From a virus: DNA of 64,000 nucleotides. This document shows positions 26,718 through 36,199 of this stretch, in pieces. The stretch covers positions 19,437 through 83,436 of the IMG/VR virus record IMGVR_UViG_3300036886_000363. One strand, written 5' to 3'. The notes under the pieces were generated by a model. It saw only the letters and a program-made list of their open reading frames with translations. It searched no databases and had not been told where the DNA came from. The stretch's first letter is position 1; each line of letters opens with the position of its first letter. Made by a program: the position numbers and the translations under genes.

Positions 26718-27340
26718 ACTCTCAAGAGATAGAAAAGATATATAGAGACGAACCAAGATTCCAGAGAGTCTTCCAGCTCAAGCATGTCCAGAAATACTCG
26801 ACATATGCAGTCGCCTCAATTATAAACTGGCTGGTCGAAAAGATGAATCCGCAATATTGTTATCTTGATGTTGGTGTGTGGCATGGTTTCTCCCTCCTCG
26901 CCGGTGCAATAGGCAATCCTCAAAAGCGTTGCATCGGCGTTGATAATTTCTCCCAGACTGACGGGATCGATGATCTGGAGCGTAATATCGAGCCATTCGA
27001 GAATGTCGAATTCTTCAAGATGGGGTATCAAAAATATCTTCAGCAGATTCACAAACAATCAATAGGGGTGTATCATTATGACGCAGACCACAGAGAGGAT
27101 AGCCAGTATTATGGGCTTACCCTTGCAAAACGCTTCCTTCGAGAAGGCTCAATTATTATTATTGACGATTGGTCTTGGCTCCATGTCCAGACTGCGACGA
27201 GATGGTTCCTTAAAGACAATCCCGAATATCATATCATCTTTGAAGAGACCTATAACAAGCCGATAGAGGAATGTAATCTCTGGAATGGAATCTGCCTAAT
27301 CAAAAAAGGCAAAGAAGGAAGGGCATATTATGGGTATTAG
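26714..27340 (+). CDS. Class I SAM-dependent methyltransferase (Methyltransf_24-like)
   Basis: YLDVGVWHGFS, GVDNFS, YHYDADH, GSIIIIDDW. Confidence 0.8.
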   Translation: MNSQEIEKIYRDEPRFQRVFQLKHVQKYSTYAVASIINWLVEKMNPQYCYLDVGVWHGFSLLAGAIGNPQKRCIGVDNFSQTDGIDDLERNIEPFENVEFFKMGYQKYLQQIHKQSIGVYHYDADHREDSQYYGLTLAKRFLREGSIIIIDDWSWLHVQTATRWFLKDNPEYHIIFEETYNKPIEECNLWNGICLIKKGKEGRAYYGY

Positions 27341-27530
27341 TCCGCAATATACATGGGGCGAGTTTGTCGAATATTTTAAGAAAGATGACTTGGTGCAATT
27401 TTTTACTCAGCCTCAGCCTGGAGGGAATGTTTTCCTTTATAGATCAAAGGATCCATCAGTTCCGATGGAGATTCAAGAGAAGCAGCCTGAGGAAAAGAAT
27501 ATTGTGTTGAAAAGAGCTTTGGAGTTTTAA
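27330..27530 (+). CDS. Hypothetical protein ending KRALEF
   Basis: ORF track. Confidence 0.55.
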   Translation: MGISPQYTWGEFVEYFKKDDLVQFFTQPQPGGNVFLYRSKDPSVPMEIQEKQPEEKNIVLKRALEF

Positions 27531-27705
27531 TTATGCAAGAATGGCAACAAGGGCATGATCGATTTACAAAGGCAAAACAAAAGCAGCTTGCCGCCAATAG
27601 GGAAAGGCTTATAAGGGAAAGGATCGGCAGGAAGTGCTCAAAGGTCGCTAACGACAACTATCTAAATCATTATGACGAGACATTCGGGAAGAAGGAGGAG
27701 AGATC

Positions 27706-28128
27706 ATGAAGAAAAGATTTGGGACAATGTTGTGGATAATTTTGATTTGCCTTTTGGTTTCATATGGGATTGTTCATGCCGGCGCTCTGACTTCGATGAA
27801 AGCGGTCAAGGCTGTCCCAGATGGAGCGCAAGTATTTCTTGATGGATATGTCTCTCCGGGATTTGTTGATGCGGAAGTCCTGACAGGCGGAGCAGCGGTA
27901 GTTCATTATGTTCCATATCAGGGAACGACGACTCTTGTAAAAATAAAATGTACTGGCGATGTCTGGGTGAATGTGGGAGCAGCCGCCGCTGTCCCCGGAG
28001 CTGCCATAACAGATGGCTCCAGTTCAATATTGAATCCACCCGGCTTCTTATCTATCGGATCGGCGACATATATAGGATTGATCGCAGCGGCGAATAATAA
28101 GTGTTCTCTTGAGTGGTTCAAGCCATAG
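27706..28128 (+). CDS. Ala/Gly/Val-rich protein with predicted signal peptide
   Basis: MKKRFGTMLWIILICLLVSYGIVHA|GA; beta-rich, virion-like composition. Confidence 0.65.
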   Translation: MKKRFGTMLWIILICLLVSYGIVHAGALTSMKAVKAVPDGAQVFLDGYVSPGFVDAEVLTGGAAVVHYVPYQGTTTLVKIKCTGDVWVNVGAAAAVPGAAITDGSSSILNPPGFLSIGSATYIGLIAAANNKCSLEWFKP

Positions 28129-28246
28129 ATGAAAATCATATATGTCTATACTGACCAGACATATTGCAAGAAGACAGGCGAGCCCTGTAAAGAGCCAGAT
28201 AAACCTTGTCCTCATAAAGTGAGGAAGGAAGATATGGAGAGAGAAG

Positions 28247-28423
28247 ATGAAGGGAGAGGATTTGCACGGAGGCGAGATACTTAGTAAGGAGGAATATCCG
28301 GAGTTGTATGCAGCCATCTGTTCTTCATATAGGTTTGTTCCAGAAAAATTTACTCTGCCGGATTTGAGAGGCAGATTTATGAGAGGATGGACTGAAGACT
28401 TTTCAGATGGAGGAGGAATATAA
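28247..28423 (+). CDS. Stand-alone tail collar domain (58 aa)
   Basis: Manual translation: GEILSKEEYPELYAAI...FTLPDLRGRFMRG. Confidence 0.7.
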   Translation: MKGEDLHGGEILSKEEYPELYAAICSSYRFVPEKFTLPDLRGRFMRGWTEDFSDGGGI

Positions 28424-28424
28424 A

Positions 28425-28925
28425 ATGTCAAGATCACAGACAGGAAATAGAAATGCCTTCTTAGACATGATTGCAGATTCGGAATTAGGCCAGAGGATAC
28501 TCGCCGGATCTGATGATGGATATAATGTCGAGGTCGGCAGTACCCCGGATAACATTATCCTGATCGCGAACTACGACGATCATCCCCATATTGTTGAGCA
28601 TATTCATCGCAGAGACGGGACGGATATTCCCTCAAGTGCTGCCGGGCGTTATCAGGCGCTTGGACATATTTTCGATTCTTATCGGAAGAGCCTCAATCTG
28701 CAAGCTCCTTATTTTTCTCCTGAAAATCAAGATGCAGTCACAATCCAGCAAATAAGAGAATGTCATGCACTGCCGGATATCGATGCAGGCAATATCGAAT
28801 CTGCTATTCCAAAGGTCGCGCATCTCTGGGCAAGTTTCCCGGGTGCAGGATATAAAGATCAGCACATGAATAAGATCACTCAACTACTCGCAGCATTTAC
28901 AGCTGCTGGTGGAATATTGGCATAG
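28425..28925 (+). CDS. Endolysin, lambda R-like lytic transglycosylase
   Basis: NRNAFLDMIADSE, SSAAGRYQ, FSPENQD, WASFPGAGY. Confidence 0.92.
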   Translation: MSRSQTGNRNAFLDMIADSELGQRILAGSDDGYNVEVGSTPDNIILIANYDDHPHIVEHIHRRDGTDIPSSAAGRYQALGHIFDSYRKSLNLQAPYFSPENQDAVTIQQIRECHALPDIDAGNIESAIPKVAHLWASFPGAGYKDQHMNKITQLLAAFTAAGGILA

Positions 28926-28937
28926 GGAGGTGAATAT

Positions 28938-29126
28938 ATGGTAACATTGAAGGTCATCATTGCAATTGTGATTGTTCTTTTGATTCTCGCCGTTGTTGGA
29001 GTTTTTGTCTATCGAAATAACAAGGCGAAGATTCTCGCAGCAGCCGACAAGGCGACAGCAGTAGCAGACAAGGTGGTTGATGCAGAACAGAAAGCAAAAG
29101 ATATTGCGGCGACATTAAAGAAGTAA
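28938..29126 (+). CDS. Single-TM membrane protein (lysis-associated)
   Basis: Long hydrophobic N-terminus; directly after the endolysin. Confidence 0.6.
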   Translation: MVTLKVIIAIVIVLLILAVVGVFVYRNNKAKILAAADKATAVADKVVDAEQKAKDIAATLKK

Positions 29127-29162
29127 CGGCGCAAAGAAAAGTGATGACAAGCTAACGAAAAA

Positions 29163-29235
29163 GGAGAGGGTGTGAAACAAACTAAACTATCGTCCGCAAC
29201 GAGGGTTAGGTCACGACATTCCCTCTCCATTTTTT
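29163..29235 (+). other. Structured intergenic element (ncRNA or terminator)
   Basis: GGAGAGGG/CCCTCTCC closing stem, internal TCGT/ACGA hairpin, ends CTCCA then a T-run. Confidence 0.45.
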
Positions 29236-29249
29236 AAAAAGGAATTATC

Positions 29250-29438
29250 ATGACAACAGCAAATACAATGTCAATAGGCGATATCCAGCAGGCATTAAAT
29301 GAGTTCAATAATAAAGACCTTGCAGTTTATGTATCGATTGCCGGTGTCGCATATTCGATTTCATCGATAGGATTAAATCCGGTGCTGGGGCAAGATGTCC
29401 AGATAGTTATCTATTGTCAACCAATGGCAATTTCATAA
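29250..29438 (+). CDS. Hypothetical protein
   Basis: ORF with RBS. Confidence 0.55.
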   Translation: MTTANTMSIGDIQQALNEFNNKDLAVYVSIAGVAYSISSIGLNPVLGQDVQIVIYCQPMAIS

Positions 29439-29451
29439 AAGGAGGTCAGAG

Positions 29452-29772
29452 ATGCCAAGTCCAGATGAGAATAAAAAGGTCAATGAAGGGTTTTTTAGAA
29501 TGCTCAATTCGGAGCCGAGGAATGGTGCGGGCGCCTTCTTGAATAATTATGAGGAGAGAATGAATGTTCAAATCGGCAGTCCTTTCCTCAAAGTTCTTCA
29601 GGAAGAAAAGGTGGAGGAAGATACATATTACAATCTTGTTTGCAGAATTGACAAACTTGAAAAGAAGATCAATAAAATAATGATCCATCTGGGCATCGAT
29701 GACAAATCAGAAATTTTGGTTGTTGGAAAGGCAATGATAAATCCATATAAGATGAAAGGAGGTCAGTCATGA
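29452..29772 (+). CDS. Hypothetical protein
   Basis: ORF with AAGGAGG RBS. Confidence 0.55.
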   Translation: MPSPDENKKVNEGFFRMLNSEPRNGAGAFLNNYEERMNVQIGSPFLKVLQEEKVEEDTYYNLVCRIDKLEKKINKIMIHLGIDDKSEILVVGKAMINPYKMKGGQS

Positions 29773-30041
29773 AATTTAGCGAGCAAGCAAAGGTCTGGTT
29801 GAAAGGATTTATCTCTGCGGTCATCTCAGGGTTGTCAGGTGGGGTAGGATGTTTAATCGCAGAGCCTACTACCTTTAATTTTACGGAGACCGGATTTATA
29901 TCGCTGGCAAAGGTTTGCGGAGTGTCTGCATTGATAGGAGCTGCCAATTATATAAAGCAGTCGCCATTGCCATCCAGTAATTGTGGGCCTCCGCCTGCAA
30001 TGCCTGATCCGGCGGCAGCTCCCGGGACACCGACAAAATGA
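29769..30041 (+). CDS. Holin-like protein
   Basis: Two hydrophobic segments, YIKQSPLP; in the lysis region. Confidence 0.6.
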   Translation: MKFSEQAKVWLKGFISAVISGLSGGVGCLIAEPTTFNFTETGFISLAKVCGVSALIGAANYIKQSPLPSSNCGPPPAMPDPAAAPGTPTK

Positions 30042-30065
30042 CGATAAAGGGAAAGGAGACCAGTC

Positions 30066-30347
30066 ATGAAAAAGGATGAAATAATGTTAACGGCCTTTGC
30101 AGATAAATTGATGGCCAAATTTATGGAGTTGAATCCGGACGACAAGCCGATATCATGGTGTATAAAACTTATTAGCAACGATCAGGAATATAAGAATGCT
30201 GCATTGATGAGTCTTTCAAATGATGTTAGTCTTCTTTGTCTTCCTGAGAAGATCCACGATGTCATAACAAACGAAGCTGTCTTTGATTTCTTTGAAATGG
30301 AAGATAGTTGGTATTTATTCGCTCTCGTACAGAGCAAATTTGCATAA
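30066..30347 (+). CDS. Hypothetical protein
   Basis: ORF with RBS. Confidence 0.55.
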   Translation: MKKDEIMLTAFADKLMAKFMELNPDDKPISWCIKLISNDQEYKNAALMSLSNDVSLLCLPEKIHDVITNEAVFDFFEMEDSWYLFALVQSKFA

Positions 30348-30358
30348 GGAGAATAATC

Positions 30359-30838
30359 ATGTTAGGACTACCGCCTTATCTAAATCCGAAAAACATATTG
30401 CTGACTCTTCTGGGCATCGCACTGATCTCAACCGGATTCCTCTATCTTACCCAGAGGACGACCCTCGCGACAACGAAGGCCAATCTCGAAAGTTGCCAGA
30501 AAGACCTTTCTATCGAGAAGATTGATCTTGCCGATTGTGAAAAGAATGTCGCAGCTGTGAAGACCCAGTACGAGCAGGCAGAGCAGACCAATGCCAATAC
30601 AAATACCGTGAGAGATAAAATATGGACGATTGTTAATAAACATACAGTCACGGCGCCCGGGCCTGCCCAAACAAATCCTCAAATAGTAACCGCTGCCCCT
30701 GCAGCCCAGCCAAAGGAGATGGTGATCGACAATGAAACACAGAAAAAACTTGATGATCTGTTTGCTGTTGCCAATAGTACTGTCGTTGCTTTTAATACAA
30801 GGGTGCGCGCATCGGCAGGAGTTGGTGGTTCCAAATGA
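30359..30838 (+). CDS. Inner-membrane spanin (Rz-like)
   Basis: N-terminal TM plus coiled coil; overlaps a lipoprotein gene. Confidence 0.7.
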   Translation: MLGLPPYLNPKNILLTLLGIALISTGFLYLTQRTTLATTKANLESCQKDLSIEKIDLADCEKNVAAVKTQYEQAEQTNANTNTVRDKIWTIVNKHTVTAPGPAQTNPQIVTAAPAAQPKEMVIDNETQKKLDDLFAVANSTVVAFNTRVRASAGVGGSK

Positions 30839-31037
30839 GCCTGTAAAGTGCGGGGATCCCCTTGCTCCTCAGCTCATAGCAACGAAGCCCTGCATTCCAT
30901 TGACGACAATGGAAGATTATCTTCAATGTCTTGTCGCCAATACTGGCATCCTCGCAAATGATCTCAATGAAATGAACGGATATACGGAGAAGCTCGAAGA
31001 TGCAGTACGCTGCTACAAATCTTCAAACACAAAGTAG
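30732..31037 (+). CDS. Outer-membrane spanin lipoprotein (Rz1-like)
   Basis: Lipobox-like LLIQG|C; Pro/Cys-rich; overlaps the i-spanin 3' end. Confidence 0.7.
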   Translation: MKHRKNLMICLLLPIVLSLLLIQGCAHRQELVVPNEPVKCGDPLAPQLIATKPCIPLTTMEDYLQCLVANTGILANDLNEMNGYTEKLEDAVRCYKSSNTK

Positions 31038-32349
31038 CACTATTCCGGAGATCATTGTCCGGCTCCCGATGCCGACTCCGAAGCAGCGGGATTTTATTTA
31101 CAGTCCTGCCAAACGGAAAATAGTTAAAGCCGGAAGGCGAGGAGGCAAGACTGTTGGTGTCGGTATAATGGGGATCGAAGACTTTATGTCTAATTATAGG
31201 GTCTTGTATGCAGCGCCGACTCAGGAACAGATTGCGAGATTCTGGTTTACGGTTTGCAAGGCATTGGAAGAGCCCCTTGAAAAAGGATATCTCTACAAAA
31301 ATGAATCGGATCACATTATTGAATGGGAAGATTGGATCCTCAAGAAATGGCAGGAACAGGGAATCGACCGATCTGAAAATAGGATACGGGCAAAGACAGC
31401 ATGGAATGCAGATACCCTTCGAGGAGATTATGCAGACAAGCTGCTTCTCGATGAGTGGCAGTTAATGAATGAGGATGCATGGGGATATGTCGGAGCGCCC
31501 ATGCTCATGGATACAAATGGAGATGTCGTTTTTATTTACACCCCTCCGAGTCTCCAATCAAGATCGGTAAGCAAAGCGCGGGATCCCCAGCATGCCGCAA
31601 AGCTCTTTAAAAAGATATCAGCGCTACAGAAGGTAAGGCCAGACAGATATGCTGCATTCCATTTTACATCTCGTGACAATCCTCATCTCAGTGAAGAGGC
31701 TCTAAACGAGATCGCAGATGATATGACATCTGAAGCTTATAGAATGGAAATTCTCGCAGAGGATCTTGATGAAGCGCTCGGCTCTCTCTGGAAGCGTGCG
31801 ACAATCGAGAAGTATCGAATCCAGACATGGGATACAGAAAAGCTTCCCCGCGAGTATGAACTTATTATGGTTGGTGTCGATCCCTCTGCAACAAGTACGG
31901 GTGATGAGGCGGGGATAATTGCAGCAGGCAAGAAAGGGAAAGAAGGATTTACACTTAAAGATGCGTCTGTCCAAGGATCTCCTCTCACATGGGCAAAGGC
32001 CGCTGTTGCTTTGTACCACGATCTCAAGGCGAATAAGATCGTGGCAGAAGCTAACAATGGAGGAGAGATGGTTTCGACGGTTATTGCTCAGGTTGATCCC
32101 AATGTCCCCGTCACTCTTGTCCATGCGTCAAGAGGCAAGCAGACAAGGGCTGAACCTGTTTCTGCTCTTGCCGAGAAGGGGAAGGATCATCATGTAGGCA
32201 ATTTCCCATATCTCGAAGATGAAATGTGTTTATGGGTGCCCGGAAGGCCATCTCCGAATAGGATGGATGCAAAGGTCTGGGCTTATACAGGACTTGGATT
32301 GGTCGGTACTGGCGGTACTGATTGGGAGGCAGTTGTCGGAGGAAATTAA
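31000..32349 (+). CDS. terL: Terminase large subunit
   Basis: AGRRGGKT, LRG...LLLDE, VGVDPS, VAEANNGG, GKQTRAEP, SPNRMDA; start position uncertain. Confidence 0.95.
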   Translation: MQYAATNLQTQSSTIPEIIVRLPMPTPKQRDFIYSPAKRKIVKAGRRGGKTVGVGIMGIEDFMSNYRVLYAAPTQEQIARFWFTVCKALEEPLEKGYLYKNESDHIIEWEDWILKKWQEQGIDRSENRIRAKTAWNADTLRGDYADKLLLDEWQLMNEDAWGYVGAPMLMDTNGDVVFIYTPPSLQSRSVSKARDPQHAAKLFKKISALQKVRPDRYAAFHFTSRDNPHLSEEALNEIADDMTSEAYRMEILAEDLDEALGSLWKRATIEKYRIQTWDTEKLPREYELIMVGVDPSATSTGDEAGIIAAGKKGKEGFTLKDASVQGSPLTWAKAAVALYHDLKANKIVAEANNGGEMVSTVIAQVDPNVPVTLVHASRGKQTRAEPVSALAEKGKDHHVGNFPYLEDEMCLWVPGRPSPNRMDAKVWAYTGLGLVGTGGTDWEAVVGGN

Positions 32350-32351
32350 AA

Positions 32352-32711
32352 ATGCCAACAATTCAATTGAGTGATGCAAATGGAGTTAAATATTATTTTC
32401 AATGTACTCAGGGAGATGGATCTTTAGCCAACCCATTCATCCCAGATAGTGAAGATACTAATCTTGAATTTATGCTTCATATTCTGCTTGATCTGCTTTC
32501 AAACCCTGTCTGGTTAAATGCAGCTTTGAATGCTCTTCAAGTTTCTCAGGCGACAGCTGCAAACTTGAACTGCACGGCTTCAATCGCCGGCGCTCAAACC
32601 CTTGCGACCTTAACAAACGTGGCTCAACATGGAGCAGTTCCTGCGGATCCTCTTGTCCCCGGGATGATGGATGCCGCGTGGGGATCAGATATCAGAGCGA
32701 TTTTGACATAG
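32352..32711 (+). CDS. Hypothetical (probable virion) protein
   Basis: RBS and ATG at 32352; A/T/N-rich. Confidence 0.55.
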   Translation: MPTIQLSDANGVKYYFQCTQGDGSLANPFIPDSEDTNLEFMLHILLDLLSNPVWLNAALNALQVSQATAANLNCTASIAGAQTLATLTNVAQHGAVPADPLVPGMMDAAWGSDIRAILT

Positions 32712-32720
32712 GAGGATAAA

Positions 32721-34352
32721 ATGCCAATACTTGATAAGGTAAAACCAATAATAGATTACCCGCGTTGGAGACAACCTGCACCAACCCTTAACGCTCATGC
32801 TGCTGGATCTGCGATTTGTTTTGACAAGAGGAATGATAATAGCAGGCATCCCCTTCTATATCAACTTGTCTCCGCGGCGGTATTGAATGCCTATGATCCA
32901 AGACAGGACGGATGGTCATTCGTTGGCAACCCCGGCCTCTCTGCCTTTGGAGCTGGATCGTGTGCAGTATTTTGTCCTTCTCAGGGAGTCAGGGGAACAC
33001 TGGGCAGCGGTTCGACGAGCACTTCAATTGTCGTTGGAAGTGTTCTTACTGCGGTTATCGCAGGGCAACTTACGGGAAATAGAATCCGCATGATCGGGAA
33101 TAATAATGCGGGAAGTTGCGGGAGAATAGAAGAGAGAATGATAATTGGCAACTCTGCAGGAACAAGTCCTACAATTTATCTCGATAGTCCTCTTTCATAT
33201 TCCTACATAAGTGGCGATGCATTTGAAATTCATTCGGGCAGGGTCTATATGTTGGGCACGACAGCTGGAGCAACCCAGTTGAGATATTATGATACGATTT
33301 ATCAGACATTGACAAGTGCAGGCAATACCACCTTGACAATCGCGGTTGATTCTGAAATGGTTTGTCTCGATGAAGACTATGTCCCTTATGATAGAAAGCC
33401 TGGCGAGGGGTTGGTTGTTACATCTTCTTCTCCTGCAATCACTTACGATACTGGAGGGATCGTAAAGTATTGTTTACAGGCATCTGCGGTGGGAGTTGGA
33501 ACAGTGACAGGATCTGCAGCGGGGGGAGACAATAATATTCTTGCAAATGAATATCGAAATTTCCAGATTAGGATTGTCGAAGATACGACAACTCCAACTG
33601 CTGTTGGACAAAGGGCTACAATCGCGTCTCATACGGCAGGAGCTGCTTCTCCTCTTATTGTTTATACTCTGGGCGCCAACTGGGGAGTGAGGCCTTCAAA
33701 CAATGCCAAGTATGTCATCGAGAATCCGAATGTCATATTGCTCTTCGCTCAGGCTGCGGGCACAACAATTTATACTTATAATCCGACACCTGCGACAATC
33801 AATAATGGAACAAATACGATCACAACAGGAGCTTTCTCCACGCCCTATTTCGGAGTGAGGGGTTCGGCTGTTGGAGCAGGAACTTTTTATCTTCCATCAT
33901 GGTCTCATGAGCCTGTTCTCAATGCAGACGGAACAAAACAATCTCGTCATAGTTTCATTTACTCTATCAGGGGAGGAGGCGGCACTCAGATTGATATGCT
34001 TGATATTGCCGGAGGTACGACAGGAGCCTGGACAAATGCTCTTGCATATATTGGTCAGCAGACAGCATTCAATACTGCTTCTTGTGGGAATATGGCTCCA
34101 TTCGATCAGAATGGAATGTATGGATATTGTATTCTAAATGCAACAAATAATATGTATCGTTTTGATATCAAGAATAGAATCATGTGGCCATGGAAGCAGT
34201 TGCCTGTTCAGTCCGGAGCCGCGGCAGTGGGAGGAAGAGTTGAAATAATTCCATATATGACTACAGGAAATTCTCCGACAGACAAAGTGAGTCTGGTATT
34301 TGTAAACAGTCATCTTTCAACGGTCATGTATAGGGCGGAGGTAATATCATGA
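32721..34352 (+). CDS. Beta-rich probable virion protein (543 aa)
   Basis: G/T/S/A-rich with an internal repeated pattern (RIRMI...ERMIIGN / QIRIV...QRATIASH). Confidence 0.65.
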   Translation: MPILDKVKPIIDYPRWRQPAPTLNAHAAGSAICFDKRNDNSRHPLLYQLVSAAVLNAYDPRQDGWSFVGNPGLSAFGAGSCAVFCPSQGVRGTLGSGSTSTSIVVGSVLTAVIAGQLTGNRIRMIGNNNAGSCGRIEERMIIGNSAGTSPTIYLDSPLSYSYISGDAFEIHSGRVYMLGTTAGATQLRYYDTIYQTLTSAGNTTLTIAVDSEMVCLDEDYVPYDRKPGEGLVVTSSSPAITYDTGGIVKYCLQASAVGVGTVTGSAAGGDNNILANEYRNFQIRIVEDTTTPTAVGQRATIASHTAGAASPLIVYTLGANWGVRPSNNAKYVIENPNVILLFAQAAGTTIYTYNPTPATINNGTNTITTGAFSTPYFGVRGSAVGAGTFYLPSWSHEPVLNADGTKQSRHSFIYSIRGGGGTQIDMLDIAGGTTGAWTNALAYIGQQTAFNTASCGNMAPFDQNGMYGYCILNATNNMYRFDIKNRIMWPWKQLPVQSGAAAVGGRVEIIPYMTTGNSPTDKVSLVFVNSHLSTVMYRAEVIS

Positions 34353-34552
34353 GGGCTGTAAGAAAAGCATTGGAAGTAGATGTCCAGATAGTTGCGTTTG
34401 CTTGTCTGATTCCTGTAAAGTCTCCAAATGGAGGCCCAGATAAATTGGAACAGGCAAATCCGGGAGACTATTTAATAACAAATTCTCAGGGAGAAAGTTA
34501 TCCGATACGGGCAGACCTTTTTCTTGCCCAGTATGATATAGTGGAAGAATAA
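34349..34552 (+). CDS. PGDYG-like small protein
   Basis: ANPGDYLITNSQGESYPI...F...Y. Confidence 0.6.
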   Translation: MRAVRKALEVDVQIVAFACLIPVKSPNGGPDKLEQANPGDYLITNSQGESYPIRADLFLAQYDIVEE

Positions 34553-35211
34553 TGAACGTTACTCAGGAAATATTGCTGAAACTTCTCAATCCGACTATTG
34601 CAAAAAAACAAGTCGCATCTGGAGGATTGTTAGTATCCGGACAAGCTCAGACAATTGAGAAGATGAAACAGATCGCATCTGGAGGCCTGACGATATCAGG
34701 GAGTCCGAGATATCTTTCAAAGATGGTCTGTTCTGCGACGGGAGGGATCAATGTCGGAGGGGCAGCGGGATTCCTTGCAAAATTGGCATGTTCTCCTTCT
34801 GGAGGACTCTTTATATCCGGACATGCTCTTGCGACTATACTTCAGGATTTTGTTGCTATCGGACAGGGAGGATTGCTTGTTTCCGGGCAGGCGAGTTATC
34901 GCTTAAAGCCTTCAGCCTTTAATTATATCGGATCCGGAGAGTTAGATATTGCCGGCATTTCTCAGATTGCATTCATATTGAAACAGATTACCGAAGGAGA
35001 GATTGATGTAAGCGGTCATGCTCTCTATGCCCATAATGTCGGCAAGATGAAATTTGGAGTTGTTGTTGATTGCCCATTTGCAAAAGCTCGTGTGATAACG
35101 ATGACCGGCAGTGCAAGGGTGGTATCTCCGTCGGCAAAGGGAGAAACAATTGTAACTGAAGCGTCCTCGGAAGTGCTTGCTCCATCCGGGACAGCAAAAA
35201 TATTAGATTAG
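34552..35211 (+). CDS. Repeat-containing probable virion protein
   Basis: About 19-aa repeats of ASGGLxISGxA. Confidence 0.65.
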   Translation: MNVTQEILLKLLNPTIAKKQVASGGLLVSGQAQTIEKMKQIASGGLTISGSPRYLSKMVCSATGGINVGGAAGFLAKLACSPSGGLFISGHALATILQDFVAIGQGGLLVSGQASYRLKPSAFNYIGSGELDIAGISQIAFILKQITEGEIDVSGHALYAHNVGKMKFGVVVDCPFAKARVITMTGSARVVSPSAKGETIVTEASSEVLAPSGTAKILD

Positions 35212-35217
35212 GAGGGA

Positions 35218-35631
35218 TTGAAAATGACATTACTTGCTCCCAATGTTGGTGATGCGCAACTTCTGGGAATCGCATTGAATAAGAATGCTCAGGAGAACCA
35301 GATATTGAAGCTATTTACAAATAATAAAGTCCCGGCAAAGGGAGATACCGCCGCCAACTATACAGAAGCTGCCGGCAATGGATATGCGGCAATCCCTCTC
35401 ACCGGAGCAAACTGGTCGATTGCCCTTGCCGGATCCCCGTCTGTTGAAACGGCTTCATACGCGATGCAGGAATTTGATTTCACCGGGGCGCTCGGAAATG
35501 TCTACGGCTATTTTATTGTCGGAGCGATCTCCGGGATACTTCTCTGGGCGGAAGCTTTTACCGGTGGTCCTTTTAATGTAACCGGATCCCAGACACCGAT
35601 CCAAGTAACACCGCAGATCACATTGAATTGA
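35218..35631 (+). CDS. Probable virion structural protein
   Basis: LKLFTNN...YTEA.G.GYAA...VYGYF...LLWAE pattern. Confidence 0.65.
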   Translation: MKMTLLAPNVGDAQLLGIALNKNAQENQILKLFTNNKVPAKGDTAANYTEAAGNGYAAIPLTGANWSIALAGSPSVETASYAMQEFDFTGALGNVYGYFIVGAISGILLWAEAFTGGPFNVTGSQTPIQVTPQITLN

Positions 35632-35639
35632 GGTGAACC

Positions 35640-35987
35640 ATGAGCAGCACACAGCTTCTACCAAATGCGAGAGAGCAGAGCAGTTATGGGATCGAGGTTT
35701 CGAGTTTTGATTCGGCGGGAAATCCCTGCATCCCAAAGACGATGAATTGGTCTCTCATGGATAAACAAAAGAATATCATCAACAGCCGACAGAATGTTCC
35801 TATCATCCCCACAGGTGTCTTCACGATCATAACTCTTGAAGGGGATGATCTCCAGATCGTAGATCCTACGATGATTGTAGAGAATCGGGTTCTTGTTGTA
35901 CAGGGAACAAATGATGATATCACGCTTGGCCAGGATTCTCCCTTTGAATATAGTTTCTTATTTGATGTGGAAAGCATGGTGACATAA
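35640..35987 (+). CDS. Probable virion protein
   Basis: Beta-rich ORF within the same cassette. Confidence 0.55.
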   Translation: MSSTQLLPNAREQSSYGIEVSSFDSAGNPCIPKTMNWSLMDKQKNIINSRQNVPIIPTGVFTIITLEGDDLQIVDPTMIVENRVLVVQGTNDDITLGQDSPFEYSFLFDVESMVT

Positions 35988-36199
35988 TGCAAGAGAGCTG
36001 GACTCCCCGTCGGGCAAAATCGACCTCTTGTATTTGTCCTCGTTGTATGGTCAAACATAGGATGAAATTGTTTTGGACGGGTGAATTGCCAGCTCGCAAG
36101 TTTTGCAATAGTTGTAATCAGATCGCGGAGAGAGATTATACTCCAGATTCTCTTTCAATCAGCCCAGATATACTGGAGGTTATGAATGCTTCTTTATGA
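35987..36199 (+). CDS. Small CxxC...CxxC protein
   Basis: CICPRC...FCNSC. Confidence 0.55.
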   Translation: MQESWTPRRAKSTSCICPRCMVKHRMKLFWTGELPARKFCNSCNQIAERDYTPDSLSISPDILEVMNASL

